A stretch of DNA of 64,000 nt, from the NCBI GenBank assembly GCA_965112735.1, contig OZ218957.1:1426001-1490000 (forward strand). Reading direction: 5' to 3'. This DNA comes from Phaeosaccion multiseriatum (Eukaryota > Protista > Ochrophyta, other classes). Shown here one piece after another: positions 12,695 to 23,861 of this stretch. Every line of letters begins with the position of its first letter. The first letter of the stretch is position 1. Position numbers and translations under genes: made by a program. The notes under the pieces were generated by a model. It saw only the letters and a program-made list of their open reading frames with translations, did not search any database and was not told the origin of the DNA.

Positions 12695-15600
12695 TGTATA
12701 TTAGAGCTTATGGGCTCAGTATTGGTGCGCTCGAGGTAAGTTGTAACCATGTGTAGATGCGTGTATGTGTGGTATTGATGGAGCGTGATGTGGAGGGGAA
12801 GAGGATGGTAAGGGTGGTAGAGTAGAGGATAATGGGGAATGGGAAGGGAGTGAGGGGGGGAGGAGGAGATGAAGGGGTGTGGGAAGGAGTGAGGTGGTGG
12901 AGGTGATATGTGAACTATCCTACTGTGGGTGGTGCGGGTGACAAGGCGTGACTAACTGTGGTTGCTATGCTGTGTGCTGATGGTCTCGCTGTCTGCTGGC
13001 TGGTGTACTCCTGCTCCTCAGGCGGCCGCTCCGTCGATGGCTCCCATGAGCCCCCAGTCGAGGGTTTCTGCTGCTTCGTGCTGCGTCATCGTGGCTCGAA
13101 GGAGGGTGCCATACCTGATCTCCCGCTGTGAGAGGGCGCGTTGAAGGGCGAGGGACAGTTGTTGGCGCAGGAGGCCCTTGATGGGGCCCGTGGCTGCCGC
13201 CGCTGCGGGGCCGAGCCCTCTTGATGCCTTGTGGATGGCCATCGCCTCGATGAGCTCGTCCGTTTGGTGGCCCAGTCTGCCGTACGTCTCGATCGCAATG
13301 CACTTGAGGGTTGAAGTCCCGGGCAGAAAACTGCCCAGGTAGTGCGTGCGCTTGCGCTCTTCGGCGGCGGCTGCTGCGTGGCCTGGCGTGGTGGAGGCCC
13401 GTCCCACGTGGGTGGGGGCGGTGGGGTTGGTGACGGTGATGTCGCAGAGGAGGTTTCTCCGCAGGGGTGCGTCCGCTCCCGGGAAGCTACCTGCGGGATA
13501 GGTCAGATCCATGCGTAGGTCTCGGCCTGCTCGGGTGCCCGTGGGGCCGTCGAAGCAGGTCTGGTCCTCTACGCGTGCTCCTCCAATGCCCACGCTGTGC
13601 ATCATCCTCCCGAAGGCCTTGACGAGGAGGTGGTGTGTGTGGTTGTGGAGGCCGGTGCGGGGGCAGATGGTGGCGTGGGTGGTGCTTGCCGTGCGGGCGC
13701 AGCCTGTGCCGAGGCAGGGTGGGGGCGGGTCCGCGTATGGCGTGTTGACACCGAGGTTGCGACGAAGGGCCATGGTCCATTCTGCGGGGGCCATGGTGTT
13801 GTGGCCGTGGGGGGAGCGCTCCGAGGAAGGCCATGGCGCCCCCTTCCTCGCTGTGAGTGGAGTCGGGCTGTTGCCATTTCCTGTGTCTCCTCTCCCCTCT
13901 GTGCCTCTGCCGGTGTGACGTCGATGGTGGCGATGCTCTGCGTCAGCTCCTCATGGCGGCGTTTGTGGATGAAGGTGGTGAGGGCCTTCTGGACGCCGTG
14001 GGTCGGTTGACGGCCTGCCTGATGGCTCCTGCGCACGTTGCGTCGCGCTGTGTCTTGGGCTTGGTGGTCAGGCGGCTCGAGTACGCGTGAGCGGGCCTCG
14101 TCGAACTGTGCCTGACCCACTGCTTGGATGAGGGGGGCCTCAGGGACCCCCTCCTCGTGCAGGGAGGTTGACGCTGTCGGCGACGCTCTTGAGGGCTCCG
14201 TTGGTGAACAGCTGGTCCGGTAGGGCGCTCTCTTGGGAGCCTTCCCGGCGTGCGGTGCGGCTGAGCAGGGGGGAGGGTGAGCATCTTGTTGCCAAGGTAT
14301 GCTGCTGGGGCGATGTCATGGAGGCTGGTGAGGCCGAGGCCGCCGAAGCGCCGTGCCGTATGCATTTGTAGGCGCTGTGTCTCCGTCCATGGCTCCTCTT
14401 GTGCATCTGCGGCCTGCTCCAGAGGGGGCATCGGGGAGTCGCATGATGTGGGCCAGTGTCGCCCTGTTGGTGCGGTCTGCCCTGCTGCCGAGGGCGCGTC
14501 GGAAGATGGAGGGGTCAATGGCTCTCGCCAGGTGTGTGAGCCTGGCTGGGAGGCATTGGAGGAGGACGAGGGTGGCCGCCTGGGTGTTGTCCCACTCGCT
14601 GCAGTGTTTGGCGAGTTGGAGGTAGCCCCTGGGGTCTTCTTGGCCGAGGATGTTGCGGAGGTACTCTTCGATGTACTCCTCCGTGCCGACGGGGATGCCG
14701 GCTACCACGGTACCCTCGGTGGCTAGTGTGGCGCCCTGCCGTTGGGCGTGGTCCCTGTCAGCCTGTGTTGGCTGCTTGCCTTTGCCCATGAGGTAAACCG
14801 TTTTCCTCTCGTTGAACTCGAGGCCCAAGCCTCGGAATTGGGCTTGGAGATGGGCATGTCGTGGGGCGTAGGTCTCTAGGGGTGCGTCGGGTTCCAGCTG
14901 GTCCATGAGGTCGTCTGCGTAGGCGGAGATGGTGGGGCGGTTCGCTGCGGTGTCGGCTGTGTTCTGAACTTTCAGCACTGGGTGGATGGCGGCTGCGAAC
15001 ATGAGAGGCCCTTCTGGTGCTCCTTGGTTGACTCCGGAGCTCTGGTGGATGGTCTGGGTGCCGTCTGGTGTGAGGGCGTTGTGGGCGGAGGCGTGGGAGA
15101 GGCTGGCGATGGCGTAGTTGATGCCTGCTGGGTCGATGGTAGGGAGTGCTCCTGAGGCTAGGACGCCTCTGGCACGCGACACGCGGGTGTAGGCCTTGGT
15201 GATGTCATGCAGCACGACGGTTTTGCCGGCATCGTGCGCTAGCTGGGCTGCTGCGGCGTGTGTTTCCCCTCCGCCTCTGACCGCTACCGCTAGCTGTCCT
15301 GCGCTTCTGAGCTCTGGGCCCACCCTGTCCGCGATGAGCTTCATGTGACAGCTCTCCACGAGGCTGCGGTAGAGGTTGGGGGATGTCACAGGACGCGCTT
15401 TCTCGCCGAGGGCTGCGGCGCTGGTGCTGAACCACCGTTTGGCGAGCTGTGGAGGCAGTGGAGTGTCCCCCGTTCGGAGCAGCTCGTAGGTGTCAGTCAG
15501 AGCCTCCACGATTGCGTACTCCTGGGGGCTGTCCGGGGGTACTTGACGTGGCTCGCCCTGCGCCCGTCTGCTCCTTGGCCCTTCCAGAAGTTGACCCTCC

Positions 15601-18600
15601 GGTAGGTCAGCAGCATGGCTGTGCTGATCTCCTCTCTGGTGACGTCGTTGCCATTCTCGGGGTGCTCCTGCACCTGGGTTCTGGCGTACTCCCCTGGCTG
15701 CTGCTGCTGCTGTGTTGATCTCTTCGAGGCTCTCGTCGACGTGCGCTTGCTGGAGGCGTCTAAAGGTCTCGTGTGTGTGGGAGGGAGGTGGCCGTCTCTG
15801 CTCTTTGTGCTGAGCCTCGCGGCGGCCTTGTGCAGGCCTCCGGGTTTGGTGAGCAGGTGGGCGCAGGTTTCTCTCCGTCGCTCCTCTGTCTGTGCCTGTG
15901 CTGGGGGTGGTGGGCGGCGTGCGTGTGCTGTGGCTATCGCTGCTTGTGCGAGTGGGGCGATGTCGAGGTCGAGGACCATCTGTATCCGCTGCTGGCGGCT
16001 GTAGGCTCCGTCTTTAGAGAAGAGCATGGCAGGGAGGAGGTGGTGGAAGACATCCCATGCCAGAAGGGTGTGGAGGGTGGCGTCGGTGGGGCCGTTCTTG
16101 TGGGCCCTCAGCGCCCTGTTCCAGTTGTTGAGCGCTCTTTGCTGTAAAGCTGATAATCGAGCTGACGTGGCGGGGGTTGCACTGCGCTACTGTCTCAAAC
16201 ACGAGTGTTGAGAGGATGGTACCCTGCGGGTCCAGGGCCCCTAGGCGGAGGACGTTTGGGTGCTGCATGGGCCATCCTTCCTCGGGGTGTATCGTCGTTG
16301 GCTGGCCCTTCTCCGTCCCCTCCGTCCCCGCCGCTACCTCCTTGGCCTCTGCTCCGTCCTCCTCCCCCCTCGTCTCGCTGCTGCTGCTGTGGTTCCTTGC
16401 GTGCGTGTGCTATCTCCCCCTGCCCTTTCTCTCTGAGGTCCCCTCTCTGCTGCTGCTCCTTGTCCGTTTCCTTCCCCCCTCCCTCGTCCTCCTCTTCCTC
16501 CTTCTACTCCACTTGGCGCTGCTGCGATTGCTCCTCCTCCTCCTCCTCCTCCTCCTCCTTCCGCGTGCCCTCGCCCTCCTCCTCTGCCCGTGGGGGTGGT
16601 GGGTTGGTACGGGTTGAGCCTGGCCGTTTGCTGTCGTGTGCTGGGGCGTTGCCGTACGCGACGGGTCCCTCGTTTGGGTCTGGGCCTAGATAGGCGTTCT
16701 CGAGGTCGTTGAGGGGGCCTTGGTAGGCCGATGCTGCGTTGCCTTGGGTGAGGATGGTCCTGAGGGCGGGGATGGCTCGTTGAGCTTGGTAGCCAGCCAT
16801 GCAGCCTTGCGCGGGGCAGGGGAGGTTGCCTGGTGGTATGACGGGCTGCTGGTTGGCTCTCCTCAGTGTGGCTTGGTCGTTCAGGTGGTGAAGGAGGCAC
16901 GCGGGGTGAACGGTGTGTTGGCAGCGTCGGGTGCGTACTGGCCACTCCGTGGTTGGTGCGATGAAAGGGGGGTCCGCGTCTGACATGCATATGCAGCATA
17001 TCGGGGCTGGGGGGGCGGTAGGTTGGGGTGGGGGTGTGTGTCGGGTGGTGGGGGGTGGCTGGGACTGGCGGCGTCGCCCTTGGCTGGCCTGCGCGTGCTG
17101 CTGATGCGACTCTCTGCGCTCCCTCGCTAGGCGATCCCTTGCGCGGCCCATAGCTCTCCCTCCTTGTGCTGTGATGGCCTGCTCGATCGTGTGCCGGTAG
17201 CAGGGGTTGCGGCAGTAGGGGCAGAGGTGGTCGTTGCGGTTGGGGTACCTGCTCATGACTCCCAATGCGCAGTGGTTGTGCACGTGATGTTCGCCTTCGT
17301 GCATGGCGACTTGTGCTTGGCCAGTGAGCGGTTCCATACACACCGGGCAGTTGGGTAGCTCCTCGTTGTTGGTGGGGTCGCCTCCTCCTTCTCCTTCGTC
17401 ACCTCCTCCCGCTGCTTGCCCTTCCCCTCCTTCTGCCGCTGCTTCCCGTGCCAGTGCTGGGCGCTCTCCTCCGCCTCTGCTGTTTTCGCCCTCTTCCCCC
17501 CTGCTACTACTCTTCCTTCGCGGTCTCCTCGTCCCCCTCCCCTGTGTCCCGCTCGCTCTCCTCTCCCTCCTCCCTCCTGGTCGTGCTCTCGTGTAGTGTC
17601 TGTCCCACCTGCTCTTGTCGGTGGGGGCATGCTTCGAGCTCGTTGGATGGTTGGCGGTGCTGGTAGGCTTGCGGCTTCGTGTGCTCGTATGCAGGCGTTG
17701 CATAGGGGTTGTCGTAGGCCTGATTGCGGGAAGCGGGTAAGGAAGGATCTGCCGGAGTTTCGGTGGGCCAGGTTGCCGCATCCACTTGTGCAGTCCCGGA
17801 GCTGGTACGTATTATTCTGTGGTCCGCTCTGTGGGCCGTTGGCGCGGTACCACAGGATTGACGCGGCCTGGGGGTGGTGTTCGCGCATCCATCGGTCCCA
17901 CTCTCTGCCGCGGTTCGGGTGGTGGCTCGACTGGTGCCTGATGAGGCGGTCTCTTGTGTTGCCTACCGTGACGAAGGTGTCGTGGCATTCGCCAAAGTTG
18001 CAGAGGATGCCCCCTTGAATGTTTCCATTGTCGGGGTGTCTTCGGTACACTCGGGCGTTGTTGGGGTTGTCCTCCGGTGTTGGTGGGCTGGGTGTGGTTG
18101 CGTCGCTTTGGGCGGGGGGTGGTGGCGGTCCTGGTGCGGTTCCCCGGGGGGCCTGTCTCGTGCGTAGGGCGAGGGCTTGCCCCGGCGCCCACCACGGTGT
18201 GGCCATGGTGTTGGCGAAGGGGGAGGTGGTGGTGTTGTTGGTGTGGTCGCGTAGGGCGTGGCCGTAGCGCTCAACGATGGCTTGGACGTCGGGTAATACC
18301 GCGATGAGTTCCTCCTGTCGTGAGGCGGTGATGTAGTCGTTGACCAACTCGTTGGAGGTGATCTCTTGGCCTGCGAGCGTGTGGGCATAGGCCTCCACGA
18401 TCTGTTGCCATCCAAGGGGGTAATCTCCTCCCCCATGTGGTCTTCCGGGGGTGGTGGGGGGGCCTCCGCTCCTTAGAGCTTGTCTGAGGAGGGGCATATA
18501 GAAGTGCGAGTTGGTAGGCGGGAGCGCCGCGTCGCGCTGGTGGCGTATGGTGTTGCTCCATGTCGTTGGTGCGTGTCCATGCGTGTCTGTTTCGAGTGAT

Positions 18601-19440
18601 GCTGTCTCTTCCTCGTGCGTCGTGGGGGGTGGTCGTACGAGGTCGGCGATGGCCTCGGCCGTGTTGTGGTGGGTCAGTTCCGTCGCGGTGAGGTTTAGGC
18701 TTGCGAACTCAGCGCTGATGCGTCGGCTGGCGGATGCTGGCGCTTGTTCGTTGAAGAAGAGGTTCGGGTGTTGCCGTATGGGGGTCGTGGCTGTGAGGTG
18801 GGTGTCTTCGTATTCGTCTTGGAGGATGGAGACGATTTGCTCTGTGATCCCGTGTGCGTTTCTGTGAGTTGACGCGTTGGTGGTTTGGGCTGGATCTGAG
18901 GCTCGGAAAGTGGCGGTTGGCCTTTCCGGGCTGCGTGCTCGGGGGGTCCTGCTTCGTCCCCTTGGCCTCGTGGTTGGCTGCATGGGTGCTGGGCTGGTCG
19001 CTGTGGGGGGTGGTGCTGTTGTAGGGCCTGTTGTCTCGCTGGCGGGCGTGGTAGATCTCCTGGCGGCTGGTGCTGTTTGTTGCCGTGTCGTTGAGATCGG
19101 TTGTGGTTGCTGCTGCTGGGGGTGGGCTTCCGCTGCTGTTGCTGTGGGTTCCGTGAGTGCTGGTGGGAGCTGTGGGTCCTGCGGGAGGGTGTTGCGGGGT
19201 GCTGCGGCCGCTGGTGGAGCCGTGATGGGGGTGGGCACGCCTTCCCGTGCTGGTGTTTGGCGAATTGCTGCTGCCGCTGCCCGTCTCTCCCTTCTTTCGA
19301 GCCGCTGCTGATCGCGGCTCATAGGTGGCTCCTGCTGGGTTGCTGTGAGGTTTGCTGGTGTCTCCTGGGCTCCGGGGGGCCGCGTGGCCCCCCTGTCGTC
19401 CCCTTCCATGGTGGCCCTGTCTTAAGCAGAAAAAAAAGAA
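12695..19440 (-). mobile_element. Full-length CRE-like non-LTR retrotransposon, copy 1 (~6.7 kb)
   Basis: RT motifs QLAVAVRGGGE, HDITKAYTRVSR, GVNQGAPEGPLMF, AYADD. RLE motifs C..C......H...C, RMDL, CDITV, AEERKRTHY, IAIETYGRL. Flanked by degenerate target copies GAGGGGTGGGAAA (12682-12694) and GAGGGGTGTGGGAAA (19441-19455). Confidence 0.93.
13018..19409 (-). CDS. Probable single long ORF (~2,100 aa): low-complexity N-terminus, C2H2 finger, two RING fingers, reverse transcriptase, CCHC knuckle, restriction-like endonuclease; split by 1-2 bp indels
   Basis: ORF pieces 17253..19409, 16504..17781, 16014..16268, 15497..16027, 14316..15509, 13943..14518, 13602..14120 and 13018..13794 join at short indels. 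Many of these junctions read through in copy 2 (ORFs 21055..24009 and 19935..21434). Confidence 0.8.
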
Positions 19441-19611
19441 GAGGGGTGTGGGAAAAGCATTCGCAGCAGGGCGGACTTTGCTCGGGCCACGGAGCTGTGA
19501 GAATGCGTAAGACGTGCACTGTGGAGGGGTGTGAGAAGCAGTCACATCAGGGAGGATTATGCAGGAGGCATGGAGCTGTGGTCAAGAGGTGTACCGTGGA
19601 AGGGTGTGAGA

Positions 19612-22600
19612 TGTATATTAGAGCTTATGGGCTCAGTATTGGAGCGCTCGAGGTAAGTTGTAACCATGTGTAGATGCGTGTATGTGTGGTATTGATGGAG
19701 CGTGATGTGGAGGGGAAGAGGATGGTAAGGGTGGTAGAGTAGAGGATAATGGGGAATGGGAAGGGAGTGAGGGGGGGAGGAGGAGATGAAGGGGGGTGGG
19801 AAGGAGTGAGGTGGTGGAGGTGATATGTGAACTATCCTACTGGGGGTGGTGCGGGTGACAAGGCGTGACTAACTGTGGTTGCTATGCTGTGTGCTGATGG
19901 TCTCGCTGTCTGCTGGCTGGTGTACTCCTGCTCCTCAGGCGGCCGCTCCGTCGATGGCTCCCATGAGCCCCCAGTCGAGGGTTTCTGCTGCTTCGTGCTG
20001 CGTCATCGTGGCTCGAAGGAGGGTGCCATACCTGATCTCCCGCTGTGAGAGGGCGCGTTGAAGGGCGAGGGACAGTTGTTGGCGCAGGAGGCCCTTGATG
20101 GGGCCCGTGGCTGCCGCCGCTGCGGGGCCGAGCCCTCTTGATGCCTTGTGGATGGCCATCGCCTCGATGAGCTCGTCCGTTTGGTGGCCCAGTCTGCCGT
20201 ACGTCTCGATTGCAATGCACTTCAGGGTTGAAGTCCCGGGCAGAAAACTGCCCAGGTAGTGCGTGCGCTTGCGCTCTTCGGCGGCGGCTGCTGCGTGGCC
20301 TGGCGTGGTGGAGGCCCGTCCCACGTGGGTGGGGGCGGTGGGGTTGGTGACGGTGATGTCGCAGAGGAGGTTTCTCCGCAGGGGTGCGTCCGCTCCCGGG
20401 AAGCTACCTGCGGGATAGGTCAGATCCATGCGTAGGTCTCGGCCTGCTCGGGTGCCCGTGGGGCCGTCGAAGCAGGTCTGGTCCTCTACGCGTGCTCCTC
20501 CAATGCCCACGCTGTGCATCATCCTCCCGAAGGCCTTGACGAGGAGGTGGTGTGTGTGGTTGTGGAGGCCGGTGCGGGGGCAGATGGTGGCGTGGGTGGT
20601 GCTTGCCGTGCGGGCGCAGCCTGTGCCGAGGCAGGGTGGGGGCGGGTCCGCGTATGGCGTGTTGACACCGAGGTTGCGACGAAGGGCCATGGTCCATTCT
20701 GCGGGGGCCATGGTGTTGTGGCCGTGGGGGAGCGCTCCGAGGAAGGCCATGGCGCCCCTTCCTCGCTGTGAGTGGAGTCGGGCTGTTGCCATTTCCTGTG
20801 TCTCCTCTCCCCTCTGTGCCTCTGCCGGTGTGACGTCGATGGTGGCGATGCTCTGCGTCAGCTCCTCATGGCGGCGTTTGTGGATGAAGGTGGTGAGGGC
20901 CTTCTGGACGCCGTGGGTCGGTTGACGGCCTGCCTGATGGCTCCTGCGCACGTTGCGTCGCGCTGTGTCTTGGGCTTGGTGGTCAGGCGGCTCGAGTACG
21001 CGTGAGCGGGCCTCGTCGAACTGTGCCTGACCCACTGCTTGGATGAGGGGGGCCTCAGGGACCCCCTCCTCGTGCAGGAGGTTGACGCTGTCGGCGACGC
21101 TCTTGAGGGCTCCGTTGGTGAACAGCTGGTCCGGTAGGGCGCTCTCTTGGGAGCCTTCCCGGCGTGCGGTGCGGCTGAGCAGGGGGGGAGGGTGAGCATC
21201 TTGTTGCCAAGGTATGCTGCTGGGGCGATGTCGTGGAGGCTGGTGAGGCCGAGGCCGCCGAAGCGCCGTGCCGTATGCATTTGTAGGCGCTGTGTCTCCG
21301 TCCATGGCTCCTCTTGTGCATCTGCGGCCTGCTCCAGAGGGGGGCATCGGGGAGTCGCATGATGTGGGCCAGTGTCGCCCTGTTGGTGCGGTCTGCCCTG
21401 CTGCCGAGGGCGCGTCGGAAGATGGAGGGGTCAATGGCTCTCGCCAGGTGTGTGAGCCTGGCTGGGAGGCATTGGAGGAGGACGAGGGTGGCCGCCTGGG
21501 TGTTGTCCCACTCGCTGCAGTGTTTGGCGAGTTGGAGGTAGCCCCTGGGGTCTTCTTGGCCGAGGATGTTGCGGAGGTACTCTTCGATGTACTCCTCTGT
21601 GCCGACGGGGATGCCGGCTACCACGGTACCCTCGGTGGCAAGTGTGGCGCCCTGCCGTTGGGCGTGGTCCCTGTCAGCCTGTGTTGGCTGCTTGCCTTTG
21701 CCCATGAGGTAAACCGTTTTCCTCTCGTTGAACTCGAGGCCCAAGCCTCGGAATTGGGCTTGGAGATGGGCATGGCGTGGGGCGTAGGTCTCTAGGGGTG
21801 CGTCGGGTTCCAGCTGGTCCATGAGGTCGTCTGCGTAGGCGGAGATGGTGGGGCGGTTCGCTGCGGTGTCGGCTGTGTTCTGAACTTTCAGCACTGGGTG
21901 GATGGCGGCTGCGAACATGAGAGGCCCTTCTGGTGCTCCTTGGTTGACTCCGGAGCTCTGGTGGATGGTCTGGGTGCCGTCTGGTGTGAGGGCGTTGTGG
22001 GCGGAGGCGTGGGAGAGGCTGGCGATGGCGTAGTTGATGCCTGCTGGGTCGATGGTAGGGAGTGCGCCTGAGGCTAGGACGCCTCTGGCACGCGACACGC
22101 GGGTGTAGGCCTTGGTGATGTCATGCAGCACGACGGTTTTGCCGGCATCGTGCGCTAGCTGGGCTGCTGCGGCGTGTGTTTCCCCTCCGCCTCTGACCGC
22201 TACCGCTAGCTGTCCTGCGCTTCTGAGCTCTGGGCCCACCCTGTCCGCGATGAGCTTCATGTGACAGCTCTCCACGAGGCTGCGGTAGAGGTTGGGGGAT
22301 GTCACAGGACGCGCTTTCTCGCCGAGGGCTGCGGCGCTGGTGCTGAACCACCGTTTGGCGAGCTGTGGAGGCAGTGGAGTGTCCCCCGTTCGGAGCAGCT
22401 CGTAGGTGTCAGTCAGAGCCTCCACGATTGCGTACTCCTGGGGGCTGTCCGGGGGGTACTTGACGTGGCTCGCCCTGCGCCCGTCTGCTCCTTGGCCCTT
22501 CCAGTAGTTGACCCTCCGGTAGGTCAGCAGCATGGCTGTGCTGATCTCCTCTCTGGTGACGTCGTTGCCATTCTCGGGGTGCTCCTGCACCTGGGTTCTG

Positions 22601-23846
22601 GCGTACTCCCTGGCTGCTGTTGCTGCTGTGTTGATCTCTTCGAGGCTCTCGTCGACGTGCGCTTGCTGGAGGCGTCGAAAGGTCTCGTGTGTGGGAGGGA
22701 GGTGGCCGTCTCTGCTCTTTGTGCTGAGCCTCGCCGCGGCCTTGTGCAGGCCTCCGGGTTTGGTGAGCAGGTGGGCGCAGGTTTCTCTCCGTCGCTCCTC
22801 TGTCTGTGCCTGTGCTGGGGGTGGTGGGCGGCGTGCGTGTGCTGTGGCTATCGCTGCTTGTGCGAGTGGGGCGATGTCGAGGTCGAGGACCATCTGTATC
22901 CGCTGCTGGCGGCTGTAGGCTCCGTCTTTAGAGAAGAGCATGGCAGGGAGGAGGTGGTGGAAGACATCCCATGCCAGAAGGGTGTGGAGGGTGGCGTCGG
23001 TGGGTCCGTTCTTGTGGGCCCTCAGCGCCCTGTTCCAGTTGTTGAGCGCTCTTTGCTGTAAGCTGATAATCAAGCTTACGTGGCGGGGGTTGCACTGCGC
23101 TACTGTCTCAAACACGAGTGTTGAGAGGATGGTACCCTGCGGGTCCAGGGCCCCTAGGCGGAGGACGTTTGGGTGCTGCATGGGCCATCCTTCCTCGGGT
23201 GTATCGTCGTTGGCTGGCCCTTCTCCGTCCCCTCCGTCCCCGCCGCTACCTCCTTGGCCTCTGCTCCGTCCTCCTCCCCCTCGTCTCGCTGCTGCTGCTG
23301 TGGTTCCTTGCGTGCGTGTGCTATCTCCCCCTGCCCTTTCTCTCTGAGGTCCCCTCTCTGCTGCTGCTCCTTGTCCGTTTCCTTCCCCCCTCCCTCGTCC
23401 TCCTCTTCGTCCTTCTACTCCACTTGGCGCTGCTGCGATTGCTCCTCCTCCTCCTCCTCCTCCTTCCGCGTGCCCTCGCCCTCCTCCTCTGCCCGTGGGG
23501 GTGGTGGGTTGGTACGGGTTGAGCCTGGCCGTTGCTGTCGTGTGCTGGGGCGTTGCCGTACGCGACGGGTCCTCGTTTGGGTCTGGGCCTAGATAGGCGT
23601 TCTCGAGGTCGTTGAGGGGGCCTTGGTAGGCCGATGCTGCGTTGCCTTGGGTGAGGATGGTCCTGAGGGCGGGGATGGCTCGTTGAGCTTGGTAGCCAGC
23701 CATGCAGCCTTGCGCGGGGCAGGGGAGGTTGCCTGGTGGTATGACGGGCTGCTGGTTGGCTCTCCTCAGTGTGGCTTGGTCGTTCAGGTGGTGAAGGAGG
23801 CACGCGGGGTGAACGGTGTGTTGGCAGCGTCGGGTGCGTGCTGGCC
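19612..23846 (-). mobile_element. CRE-like retrotransposon copy 2a (3' end through RT; stops in the second RING region)
   Basis: Near-identical to 12695-16943. Preceded by target GAAGGGTGTGAGA (19599-19611) and followed by GGGGGGGGTGTGAGA (23847-23861). Confidence 0.9.
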
Positions 23847-23861
23847 GGGGGGGGTGTGAGA

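Noticed and set aside
12695-12750. snRNA or SL-RNA gene as the insertion target (ACTTACCTCG resembles the U1 5' end)
   Set aside because: The sequence travels with every element copy as its 3' UTR, and no further U1/U2/SL features are visible.
12695-20220. LTRs (direct repeats at 12695, 19612, 26384)
   Set aside because: They are the 3' ends of tandem non-LTR copies; no gag, protease, integrase or TG..CA ends.
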